Positions 7,611 through 16,514 of a stretch of DNA of 28,708 bases are shown piece after piece (within the stretch, counting starts at the first letter, position 1; each line of letters opens with the position of its first letter). The position numbers and the translations under genes are program-made. The DNA lies in IMG/VR virus record IMGVR_UViG_3300044676_000741, positions 1 through 28,708 of that record, one strand, 5' to 3'. Below the pieces are notes generated by a model, which saw only the letters and a program-made list of their open reading frames with translations, made no database searches and was not told the origin of the DNA. The DNA is from a virus (lineage: Duplodnaviria > Caudoviricetes).

Positions 7611-7990
7611 TATGCTAAGTCTCCGTGAGTGGTAACTGTAGATGTCAACATATCATTTGTCGCCGCAGTAGCACCATAAGAACCCTGTGTTCTAAATGAG
7701 GAACTTGAAGGGTCATTTCCAAAATAGCCTAGTTTTCTATATGGGTTTGTTAAATCATACATTGCCATAAAACTGTTTGCGTAGAGGCCATTGCTCAAAC
7801 TACTGGCAAAGTTGTAGGTGCAGTCTGAAGCGGAATTATCTACGATACTGCTTTGGTTAAAACTATCCTCAACAGTGTCATTGTTTGTTATATTTGCCCA
7901 ATGTTTAGAACTACCATTAACAACATAGTTCGTGGCGATTGACCCTGCGGTTGAGTGGGTCAGTGTATCCGCTACTATTGTTCCAGCCAT
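7610..7990 (-). CDS. Small fibre-tip-like protein, paralog 3
   Basis: SKHWAN...DSFN.SSIVDN...GDLA motif shared with the two upstream genes. Confidence 0.75.
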   Translation of the reverse strand: MAGTIVADTLTHSTAGSIATNYVVNGSSKHWANITNNDTVEDSFNQSSIVDNSASDCTYNFASSLSNGLYANSFMAMYDLTNPYRKLGYFGNDPSSSSFRTQGSYGATAATNDMLTSTVTTHGDLA

Positions 7991-8397
7991 TATGCGAGGT
8001 CTCCCTGCGAAGTCATCATATTATCACCCGGTGTATCATTTACAGCACCGTTTGGTGAGTAGTAAAGCCACACTTCTTGCGCTGTAGTTGTAGGAGTATT
8101 TTTTGTACACATTTCATAGGCTATTGCTGTAGTTCTATATCCAGAACAGGTCGTGCTTGAACGGTCAGCAGAAGCAAAAGCACTGGAAAAGTTTAAAGTA
8201 AAATTGCCTGTTCCATTGTCAGTAATTGCGCTGTGGTTAAAGCTGTCACGGGTAGAAGGAGTAGATGCTTCAAAGTTAATCCAAGCCTTCGCCAGCCCCT
8301 GTTGCAAGGACTGAGTAGCCGCACCGCCCTCGCTCGTCACCGTAATAGAGCCAGCAGAGGTCTTGCCTGTGAGATTGTCAACTAGGATGGTACTCAT
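7990..8397 (-). CDS. Small fibre-tip-like protein, paralog 2
   Basis: AKAWIN...DSFNHSAITDNGTG...GDLA. Confidence 0.75.
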   Translation of the reverse strand: MSTILVDNLTGKTSAGSITVTSEGGAATQSLQQGLAKAWINFEASTPSTRDSFNHSAITDNGTGNFTLNFSSAFASADRSSTTCSGYRTTAIAYEMCTKNTPTTTAQEVWLYYSPNGAVNDTPGDNMMTSQGDLA

Positions 8398-8765
8398 GCT
8401 AGGTCTCCGCTTAGATGCAATCCGTTTCTATCATTGTCATAATAAGTGCCGCCATTGTGTCTGGTTTGGAAAGAATAGGTTGTTGTAGTGTGGGTGCGTC
8501 TAGCATCAACAAAAAATTCACCGCTAACGTTAGTAGGTGAACTAATATTAGAGCCACTTACAACATAATCACTGTTAACCATAGCATTTGTCATTGTGCT
8601 GGCGTGGTCGCCTGTGCCGTTGTCTGTAATAGAAGCGGTGTTAAAGCTGTCATTAATTGTTGTGCCAGCATCCATATTTACCCAATGTTTAGTCGCACTC
8701 TGATTAGTCAGCGTGACTGCACCGCCAGATGTATTCTGGATTGTATCTGCTTTTAATGTACTCAT
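8394..8765 (-). CDS. Small fibre-tip-like protein, paralog 1
   Basis: Start revised to 8765 (MSTLKADTIQ; ATGA overlap with the fibre stop). TKHWVN...DSFNTASITDNGTG...GDLA. Confidence 0.75.
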   Translation of the reverse strand: MSTLKADTIQNTSGGAVTLTNQSATKHWVNMDAGTTINDSFNTASITDNGTGDHASTMTNAMVNSDYVVSGSNISSPTNVSGEFFVDARRTHTTTTYSFQTRHNGGTYYDNDRNGLHLSGDLA

Positions 8766-10672
8766 GCTATCACCAATGTTCCACCAGATGTAACCGTAAC
8801 TGTTACCCCAGTTGCTAGTGTTAGTGGGCCAGCGCAAAGCGCATTTTCATCGCCATCAATCGTGACGCTGGTGTCTAATTGTTTCTGATGCACCCTGAAG
8901 ATGTCACCACCGCCAGCATTAACCTCACCATTCTCACCCTTGTAAGTACCGCCGCCAGCAGATACCCCAGTTAAACCAGAGCCATCACCGCTAAACGCTG
9001 TCGCCGTCACAGTGCCATTAACAGTAATGCCAGCTTGGAACGTACCGCCAGTGGATGCCGCCACTGTGTCAGCCACCGCAAAGCTACCAAAGGCATAGAT
9101 ATTAACAATGTCATTCAGAGCCGCACCAGAGGCCAACACAACGCTTGTGCCATTCGTTGCAGTGTAATCCGATGGGTCTAGGATAACACCATTCATCGCC
9201 ACAATGATGAAAGGCGCAGTATAAGCTAGTGTTGCGCCATTGTCATCTGTGCTTGAGAAGGTAGTCTGTGATGCTGTGGCAGTGTACTCAAACAAAGCAA
9301 AGGTAGTCTGAGAAGCCGCAGATGCCGCAATCCATTGTGCGCCATCATAAACACGCATCTCATTGTCAGTGCTGTTAAAGTATAATGCACCAGCTACCAA
9401 TGGGTCGCCGTCATTGTCTACGGTTGGATTGCTTGCATAGCTACCTAAGTAACGGTCATCAAATGTGTCGTATGTGCTTGCCGCCGCCGCCGCACTAGCC
9501 GCCGCCGCAGATGCAGATGATGAAGCATTGCTCTCGCTTGTTGAAGCGTTAGAGGCAGATGTCGCCGCATTTGACGCAGATGTTGCGGCGTTTGTTTCGC
9601 TAGTCGCCGCATTAGTGGCCGCCGTTGATGCAGTTGATGCGGATGACGCCGCGTTAGTTTCGCTTGTTGAAGCATTAGATGCTGACGTTGCCGCCGCGCT
9701 TTCTGATGCGGCCGCCGCAGTTTCCGAAGCCGCCGCCGCAGTTTCCGAAGCCGCCGCCGCTGTCTCACTAGCAGATGCGGCAGTAGCAGATGCTGACGCT
9801 GATGTTGCGGATGACGCCGCATTGGTAGCAGATGTTGATGCGTTAGATGCGCTTGTTGACGCAGAAGAGGCGCTTGACGCCGCATTGGTTTCACTGGTGG
9901 CCGCATTAGCTTCAGCGGTTTCTGCCGCCGCCTGAGCGGCTTCAGCGGCCGCTTGTGCGGCTTCGGCATCAGCTACTGCTGTTGCGTCAATAACCAGATC
10001 CCACTTAGCACTATCAGCGTTGCCGCTAATTGGCGCAGATCCGCTAGATGTGTGCGCGGTATTACAGCGATAGATATTTGAATTAACACTATCCTTAACA
10101 ATATCTCTAACGCCGTAGGCTATTGATGCCGCCCAATCCCCACGCCAGTTACCAATGTCTTCACCCACAACAGGATTGCCATCACTGTCAAACGCAAGTG
10201 TTTTGCCAGCTCTTGATGCTTTCGTTGGCAGTGTCATATCGACAACACCGCCATCCTCTACCAGCGCCGGATCGTAAACAGGCACCCTCATTCCGCGCTT
10301 GTTCTCTTCGGCAATCTGCTGGATCATAATGATCTGGCCGTCTAGCTGTTCGTTTAGAGCTGAGGCGCGAAGATCCCCGGCGGTAACAAAGTCGGTGGTG
10401 CGCTCAATATCTCTGGCGCCAACGATCACAATCTGGTCAGACGCTGTAGGCGTGGTAGGCACGTTGGTGCCGACAACAATCGTCACCGACCCGGTGCCAT
10501 TGGCATTAACGGTAACGGTGTAATCGGTCGTCAGCGTCAGTAATGTCGCATTAAAGTATACGGCTAGGTCAGTCTCGCCTAACACCTCAAACAAAAAGCT
10601 ATACGGCCCAACGCCTGCTGAACCTGTAAACACGACCCGGCGTGTCACTGCATTAATGTTATAGTCTGCCAT
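8762..10672 (-). CDS. Tail fibre protein
   Basis: N-terminal podovirus tail-attachment-like domain (RRVVFTG...PYSFLF...LNEQLD), long Ala/Ser coiled repeat (ASETNAA type), FDDRYLG...GALYFN motif and Gly/Thr-rich beta C-terminus. Confidence 0.85.
   Translation of the reverse strand: MADYNINAVTRRVVFTGSAGVGPYSFLFEVLGETDLAVYFNATLLTLTTDYTVTVNANGTGSVTIVVGTNVPTTPTASDQIVIVGARDIERTTDFVTAGDLRASALNEQLDGQIIMIQQIAEENKRGMRVPVYDPALVEDGGVVDMTLPTKASRAGKTLAFDSDGNPVVGEDIGNWRGDWAASIAYGVRDIVKDSVNSNIYRCNTAHTSSGSAPISGNADSAKWDLVIDATAVADAEAAQAAAEAAQAAAETAEANAATSETNAASSASSASTSASNASTSATNAASSATSASASATAASASETAAAASETAAAASETAAAASESAAATSASNASTSETNAASSASTASTAATNAATSETNAATSASNAATSASNASTSESNASSSASAAAASAAAAASTYDTFDDRYLGSYASNPTVDNDGDPLVAGALYFNSTDNEMRVYDGAQWIAASAASQTTFALFEYTATASQTTFSSTDDNGATLAYTAPFIIVAMNGVILDPSDYTATNGTSVVLASGAALNDIVNIYAFGSFAVADTVAASTGGTFQAGITVNGTVTATAFSGDGSGLTGVSAGGGTYKGENGEVNAGGGDIFRVHQKQLDTSVTIDGDENALCAGPLTLATGVTVTVTSGGTLVIA
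9711..9760. repeat. 21-bp tandem repeat (about 2.4 copies) within the Ala-rich fibre stalk
   Basis: GCCGCCGCAGTTTCCGAAGCC at 9711-9731 and 9732-9752, plus a partial third copy; encodes ASETAAA units. Confidence 0.85.
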
Positions 10673-10707
10673 CTGTTACCTCGCTGGTGTGCAGTATACC
10701 CTATTTT

Positions 10708-13700
10708 TTAACGCCCATAAAGCCTTGCTTCGTACATCTGCTGTTGCATCTTGAGCGCTAGTTCTCCGAACTCAACTTCGCTTTTCCCTAAGCCATACTC
10801 TGGGCCAACGCCCTCTAAGGTAAATACCTTTGAGCCATCTGGCGCTGTTACTACTTTGCCAAACATCCGCTCCTTTGCCGCCTCTCTGTACATATTCACA
10901 ACAGAATTAACGGCATCTTGCATTACGCCAATCTCTGCTGGGTAGCCAAGCGCATCATATTCATTAGCAAGGTCTGTAACCTCTTCAATTATTGCCTGAC
11001 GCATATCAAGACCATCAATCAATATCTCTTTTGCATATAACGCCTTATACCTTTCTTGCACTTCGTCCGGCATTTCTATCCCATTAATTTTAGAGCTGGG
11101 CAGTGATATGCCGTGCCTTAATGCCGCCACAAGTTCTTTTGCTTCATCTGGTTTACCTCTTGTAATCCGCGTTGGTGACCAAACAAGATCAGGGTCTACG
11201 CCTATTGGGTCACCCCATTCATCTAGCTTTGGATCAAGATCGCGCCCAAACACAGGCACTTTATTCATCCATTGATTATACGCTTCAAAAAACCCTTTAA
11301 GCCCCGGCACGTTGCCTGCCCAAGTTTCATCAAACCACTCTGCTTGATCTTGCGTTAATCCTGTTGGTTCACTGCCGGGGTTCATCCACCGCTCAATGCG
11401 TCCAGCAAGTGAGCTATTAGTCACGCCAATAAATGGTGTGCCAGCAATAAGAATATTGCTTTGCTGTTTAAAATATTCATTTAATATGCCAGCAAATCTT
11501 TCGCCCCCATCTGTTTGGCGCTGGTTTACAATACCCATCATATCTCTAATAACCATCATTGGGTGTACTGCTGTTGTGTAGTCTGCTAGTCCAGCCATAC
11601 CAGCATCCATCATTCGCTGGGCAAAAGTATTTCTAGGGTCATAGGCGCCGTAACGAAAAGCCTGAGCCATACTGCCGCCCATAATAAATGGTAAACTTAA
11701 CGGCTCCATTCTCAGCAACGACACAAAAATCTTACCCTCAAACTGGCCTTCGCCTACGGTAATAGCATCATCGCCTATAATAGATCTGACTATGTTTAGA
11801 TTGTCATCTGTAAATTCATCGGCATCAAAAACTAAAGCGTGTTCTTGCCAGCCCAAACTAATTAGTGTGCGCTTTTCTTCGGTATCAGATGGGCCGCGAC
11901 CAGTGCTTCTGCCGTTCATGCCCAAGTAATAACCGCCTAACAACAATGTGCCGCCATTAACAACTCTGGCTATAGCGATATCTTTGTTTCTGCCACCCTT
12001 CATATACTCTGTATAGAAACGCGGCGATAAAAAATTAATAACTGGTATTCTTGCGCCAGCCTCAATACCAATATTAGTAACTGTCTTAGTAAACAAAACT
12101 AATGGCTTTAGTAATGGTGTGCTAATTATTTTGTTGCCAGCATCCCACGCTCTACCAACAACAGTAGATGTATCAATATCATCCTGTAGCGTGATCATCT
12201 TGCGGAATGATTGCATGTCTGCTTCAATGTCAGCCGGGCGCTCTACTAATAAATTAGCTATGCTATCTTGCGCCTCTTTCAAAGCCTCTTTATGTGTTGC
12301 GCCTTCTAAGATTTTCTCTTCATAGACTTTATGCGCTGCCCGATACGCTTGATAGTGTAGCTCCATACGTTGAGCTGTGCCGCCTATAATCTCATCAACA
12401 AACCCCAAACCCTTCATAGCGGCATTTGGCATCATGCCAGCCGCATTTATAAGTCTGCCGACTACCGTGCCTTCTTGGTTTCCAGTTCTAAAAATTTCTT
12501 TGCCTAATATTTTTAATGGTGTGTCTGAAAAGTATTGTGCGGATAATGGCGATATCTCTGCTTCGCCTTTATATTGGGACTTACCATTTTTCAGGTAATA
12601 CGTTCCAAGCCTAAACCCATCTAGTATTCCATTAAAAATGCCACTAGCTCGCGCTGCTACATCTATAAACATTGCGCGATCTGGGTCAGGAACACCGCCA
12701 AACATTTTTACAAGGCGCTGTCTGATTGGGGAAACTATGCCAGCCGCTGTTACGTTTGTTGGGATATCTTCAATAATCATCCCAACGCCAGCTACGGCAT
12801 TGTAGAGATGTGTGGCGTAATCAGTTAGAAACATGCCCTGTGCGTTATAGATTACACCATCCCACATCTTTCTCATTAGGCCGCGCTCAAGCATTTTGTT
12901 TCTAGCCGCTCTTGCGCCTTTCTTCTTAGGATCAATAGCCACATATCTCTCAGCCATTGCTCTAAGCTGGTCATCGCCTCCAAGGCCATCAAGAATGTTT
13001 CTAACCTCTGTAACCGTTAAGCCAGTATCACTTTCATATGTTGATTTAAATACATTCATTGACCTAGCGACATCACGCTTTGCGCCTTTTAATGTGCTGT
13101 AGATCATATCATGTTGCGCTATAGCCTCACGCAACTCTAACTTTCCGGCCTCATCTAGTTGATTTGTTGCGGCCTTAACCATCAGCTCATCTACACGTTT
13201 AGCGCTAATGTCATGTAGTATTTGTAACCCAGCTAAGTTCTCAGCCAGCTTGTGGTCGCCCACCTTGCTTTCCAGTGGGATACCCTTAAACATTAGGTCT
13301 AAGTGTTTTTTAGGAACGCCAGCCAATAATGCCCGGTCATAAAAACTTTTAACGGTTCTTGATTTTAAGTTGGGGTCGCTTTGAGCCGCGCTGGCTACTG
13401 TAGCCGCTAGCCCATCGCTATCATAAAACTTCGTATTAAACTCACCAACTTGAACATTCTCACCTTTTCCTGATGGCGCAATACGCGGCCCCTCTAGCGC
13501 CGCTTCTCTTGCCGCCATTCTAGCTTCCAGCTCTTCTGGGCTAATCGGATCAGGCGCAGTCATAACTGGCTCAGGCACGTCTGGTATCTCATCTGGGGTC
13601 GTTGTTATAACGTCTGGCTCAGGATCAAGATATGGGTCACCAGCTCCCAATGCTTTGGCTGGGTCTGGAGTAATTTCATCTATAGGCGTTTCAATAGGAT

Positions 13701-13929
13701 TAGGTACTGGTGTGACTTTGTAAGTCGGCGCCTGCTTTGACCCAAACTTAGTTAATGGCGCTATAAGCTCTAACCCCATCCTTGTCGCAGTGCGACTTGT
13801 AGCAGATGCAGGCTGGACGCCATCGGATAAACTAGGATCAGCGTCAACAGTTAGATCTTGTGGTTGATCAACCGTTGCGTCTTGCATCTTAGTAATATCA
13901 AGAGCGATATCTTTAGGTGGTCGTGCCAT
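10708..13929 (-). CDS. Large internal virion (ejection) protein, 1073 aa
   Basis: Position just before the tail fibre, large helical protein, Pro/Asp-rich N-terminus, C-terminal PKLDEWGDPI motif. Assigned by synteny. Confidence 0.7.
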   Translation of the reverse strand: MARPPKDIALDITKMQDATVDQPQDLTVDADPSLSDGVQPASATSRTATRMGLELIAPLTKFGSKQAPTYKVTPVPNPIETPIDEITPDPAKALGAGDPYLDPEPDVITTTPDEIPDVPEPVMTAPDPISPEELEARMAAREAALEGPRIAPSGKGENVQVGEFNTKFYDSDGLAATVASAAQSDPNLKSRTVKSFYDRALLAGVPKKHLDLMFKGIPLESKVGDHKLAENLAGLQILHDISAKRVDELMVKAATNQLDEAGKLELREAIAQHDMIYSTLKGAKRDVARSMNVFKSTYESDTGLTVTEVRNILDGLGGDDQLRAMAERYVAIDPKKKGARAARNKMLERGLMRKMWDGVIYNAQGMFLTDYATHLYNAVAGVGMIIEDIPTNVTAAGIVSPIRQRLVKMFGGVPDPDRAMFIDVAARASGIFNGILDGFRLGTYYLKNGKSQYKGEAEISPLSAQYFSDTPLKILGKEIFRTGNQEGTVVGRLINAAGMMPNAAMKGLGFVDEIIGGTAQRMELHYQAYRAAHKVYEEKILEGATHKEALKEAQDSIANLLVERPADIEADMQSFRKMITLQDDIDTSTVVGRAWDAGNKIISTPLLKPLVLFTKTVTNIGIEAGARIPVINFLSPRFYTEYMKGGRNKDIAIARVVNGGTLLLGGYYLGMNGRSTGRGPSDTEEKRTLISLGWQEHALVFDADEFTDDNLNIVRSIIGDDAITVGEGQFEGKIFVSLLRMEPLSLPFIMGGSMAQAFRYGAYDPRNTFAQRMMDAGMAGLADYTTAVHPMMVIRDMMGIVNQRQTDGGERFAGILNEYFKQQSNILIAGTPFIGVTNSSLAGRIERWMNPGSEPTGLTQDQAEWFDETWAGNVPGLKGFFEAYNQWMNKVPVFGRDLDPKLDEWGDPIGVDPDLVWSPTRITRGKPDEAKELVAALRHGISLPSSKINGIEMPDEVQERYKALYAKEILIDGLDMRQAIIEEVTDLANEYDALGYPAEIGVMQDAVNSVVNMYREAAKERMFGKVVTAPDGSKVFTLEGVGPEYGLGKSEVEFGELALKMQQQMYEARLYGR

Positions 13930-13982
13930 TCGATGACTGTTCCTTTATTTGCTCAATCCCATCTTGCAAAGGTGTAGGAACT

Positions 13983-16514
13983 TTACTCAGCCCCCTCAGG
14001 GCTTGGTAAAAGTTCGCCTTCTGGGGTTGCGTTTTCAAACCGTCTTGCGGCTTCATCGAGTTTTTGTCTGTTGACTTCTGTTCTTTCATACCAAGGTACA
14101 TCCGCTCTTTCTGTTACTTTAAATCCTTTAGGCACAATACCAGACTTAGGGTTTTTTACAAAAGATAAAAACTCTTTTGCTTGAACCGGGGTCATGTAAA
14201 CAAACGACCCATCTGACAATGGATATCTTTGAACAGGGCCAGCTTCGCCTCTGATATACCTGAAGCCGGAAGCATACTCATCTGTTTTGCCTTCAGTAAC
14301 GCCAAATCCTCTTGGCGTTCTTTTTTCTATTGCCTGTAATGTTGAGTGGCTAACAACTTGTTCGCCTTCAATAACCCAACTTTCCCAATGAAAACGTCCA
14401 AGTGTGCCATCTTCTGGACGCCCTATCATTTCATATGCTGATTGAATATTTGGACGCATAGCGTCTTCCATAGCTTCTGTAACTAATAATCCTCTAGGCC
14501 CTTTAAATATGCCATTCAATCCCTCATTGTTTTTGCCAATGCCATCATAAATGTTGGCGCCGCCAAACTTGCCATCATCCCATAAATGACGACCCTGTAT
14601 CCTATCCATAACCAATACATCGTCACGCCCAGACACTAACAAAATAAAGCTAACAACTTTGTTATCAATGCCAGCGCTTTCTGTTAGCGTCATAAATTGG
14701 CGTCTAATATCTTTTGCCGGAACATCGGGGTCGGAAATCATGTCGTGCATAATTTCCAAAACAGTTCTATTTGAACCCTGTGGTTTTTTGCTTAACTCAA
14801 ATAACAGTTTGCCTGTTGCGTTTACATTCATAGTCACTTGTTTGCTAGGCGACCCCTCTGGCAATGATTTTTTCATATTATCAATCCAGAAATTCATATC
14901 TGCTTCATCAAACGTGCCATCAGCAACCTTTTGAATTAATGGCGCGGCATCTTCCATTATGTCAATAAACGCGGCCTCTTGCTGTACTGGGCCAGCACCT
15001 CTTGACAAAATGCCCCATACAAAAAGATCGGCCGTCATAGTCGGGTCAGCTTCGCCGCTTTGATAAATATTTCTAATATTTTTTACATATCCAAAGCCTT
15101 CATCAACTCCTGCTTTTAGCTCTGGAGTTAATGCGTTTAGTTTCTCTGCGATAGCCTCAGGAGATTGTGCGTATTTCATAGCGACAACTGGGGGATGAGG
15201 CAGATAATCGCCGCCAAATGTTTGTTGTGTAAATGCTTTCCAGCCGTCTATTGTTTTAACTGCATCAGGGTTGTTCTGCAAAGCCGTATCTATGTTTGTT
15301 ATAACTTCTTGCTCTTTACCCTTTGTAAACTTTTGTACAACTGGCGTTGTTGGTTTTTCGCCTGATCCCTGTATTAATAAAGGCGCAGGCGTTCTGTGAG
15401 CGCGAGCGGTTTCTGGTGCCGCCACAATATCCTCTGTTTTGCCCATTAGCTTCTGCGCCCCAACAATAGCTTTGTCTATAGCAGCAGGCACATCCACGCC
15501 AGCATTTAACTGCACAGACGTATCAGCCTCTCTAGCCAACACGCGACCCTCTGCGCCTTCTACAAAATCTCTAACGCCGGGCATAACAGTTTCTTCTATA
15601 CCAGCCTTTAAACCCTTGCCAGCCACCTCAGCGCCTTTTACAAAACCAGCGCCTGTTAAGCCGCCAATAGCACTAGCAATGCCTATACGCGCCGCCTTTT
15701 CTTCTGGCACAATCTCAGCGCCTGCCTCTTCTTCTATGCCAATAATTCGCTCTTCTGTTGCACCAGCTCTAACAGCCTCACCTACGCCAGCCGCAACCGC
15801 TGGATATTTTGCTACTTTCTCTGTGGCGGTTTTAGCTAACTGCCTGATCTGATATTTTATGCCTTGTTTAGTAGCTGTCTGACCGCCCATCTGTAAAATC
15901 TTAGAGCCGCCAAGAGTAAGAGCCGCCGCCCAGTTAGAAGGATCAGCAAGTAATCCCTTAAACATTCTGCTAAAGCCACCCTCTGCTTCAACACTCAATT
16001 TGTCGTATTGATCCATAACATACAGAAAGGCTCGCGCCTTATTTGCGTCACCTTGGCCTATTAAAGCCGCCGCTTGCATTAATGTGCCGCCGGGTGACGA
16101 CTGCCCCCCAGATAACTCAAAGCCAACTGGGCCAGCAAAATTAAATGTAAACTCGCCCATTACATCAATACCATACTGTACTGCGTCAGCATCAGATCCT
16201 TGAAATTGTTTTCCTTCAAACAATTCGTATACATCTCTTGATGCCGCCGCCATTGTTGGGTCGTTTTTTAACATTGCCACTGTGATTGGCGGCGTGTATA
16301 TGCCTTCATCTTCGGCTTTTTTGTACATACGTTCTTGAAGCTGAACATTTGTCATACCAGCCGTTTCTTGTGCTACATCCTCATAGCCCGGCACAGTAAC
16401 TTGTGGCGGCGCCTCAATAGCATAGCGTTTGTTGAGGTCACGTTCAGGCAATGATACGTCTGCCATATGCAGACTATCCATTGCCATATTCATCATTTCT
16501 TCAAACTCATCCAT
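13983..16514 (-). CDS. Internal virion protein with C-terminal HhH-GPD DNA glycosylase-like domain, 843 aa
   Basis: Gly/Ala-rich hydrophobic N-terminal half typical of ejection proteins. The C-terminal half has GIDNKVVSFILLVSGRDDVLVMDR (K619, D637). Confidence 0.65.
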   Translation of the reverse strand: MDEFEEMMNMAMDSLHMADVSLPERDLNKRYAIEAPPQVTVPGYEDVAQETAGMTNVQLQERMYKKAEDEGIYTPPITVAMLKNDPTMAAASRDVYELFEGKQFQGSDADAVQYGIDVMGEFTFNFAGPVGFELSGGQSSPGGTLMQAAALIGQGDANKARAFLYVMDQYDKLSVEAEGGFSRMFKGLLADPSNWAAALTLGGSKILQMGGQTATKQGIKYQIRQLAKTATEKVAKYPAVAAGVGEAVRAGATEERIIGIEEEAGAEIVPEEKAARIGIASAIGGLTGAGFVKGAEVAGKGLKAGIEETVMPGVRDFVEGAEGRVLAREADTSVQLNAGVDVPAAIDKAIVGAQKLMGKTEDIVAAPETARAHRTPAPLLIQGSGEKPTTPVVQKFTKGKEQEVITNIDTALQNNPDAVKTIDGWKAFTQQTFGGDYLPHPPVVAMKYAQSPEAIAEKLNALTPELKAGVDEGFGYVKNIRNIYQSGEADPTMTADLFVWGILSRGAGPVQQEAAFIDIMEDAAPLIQKVADGTFDEADMNFWIDNMKKSLPEGSPSKQVTMNVNATGKLLFELSKKPQGSNRTVLEIMHDMISDPDVPAKDIRRQFMTLTESAGIDNKVVSFILLVSGRDDVLVMDRIQGRHLWDDGKFGGANIYDGIGKNNEGLNGIFKGPRGLLVTEAMEDAMRPNIQSAYEMIGRPEDGTLGRFHWESWVIEGEQVVSHSTLQAIEKRTPRGFGVTEGKTDEYASGFRYIRGEAGPVQRYPLSDGSFVYMTPVQAKEFLSFVKNPKSGIVPKGFKVTERADVPWYERTEVNRQKLDEAARRFENATPEGELLPSPEGAE

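Noticed and set aside
7610-8765. Gin/Cin-type invertible fibre cassette or shufflon driven by the serine recombinase
   Set aside because: All cassettes are in the same orientation with their own starts, and the junction repeats are direct, not inverted.
9445-9969. Alternative-frame ORFs 9445-9969 (-) and 9465-9935 (+)
   Set aside because: These are shadows of the low-complexity Ala/Ser codon repeat in the tail fibre.
6207-10672. Diversity-generating retroelement acting on fibre genes (as in BPP-1)
   Set aside because: No reverse transcriptase and no TR/VR pair with adenine-specific mismatches seen; the paralogs are diverged throughout.
10694-10722. Promoter upstream of the tail fibre gene (TATACT on the minus strand)
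   Set aside because: The -10 is good but the -35 (TTTATG) is weak; not enough support to call.
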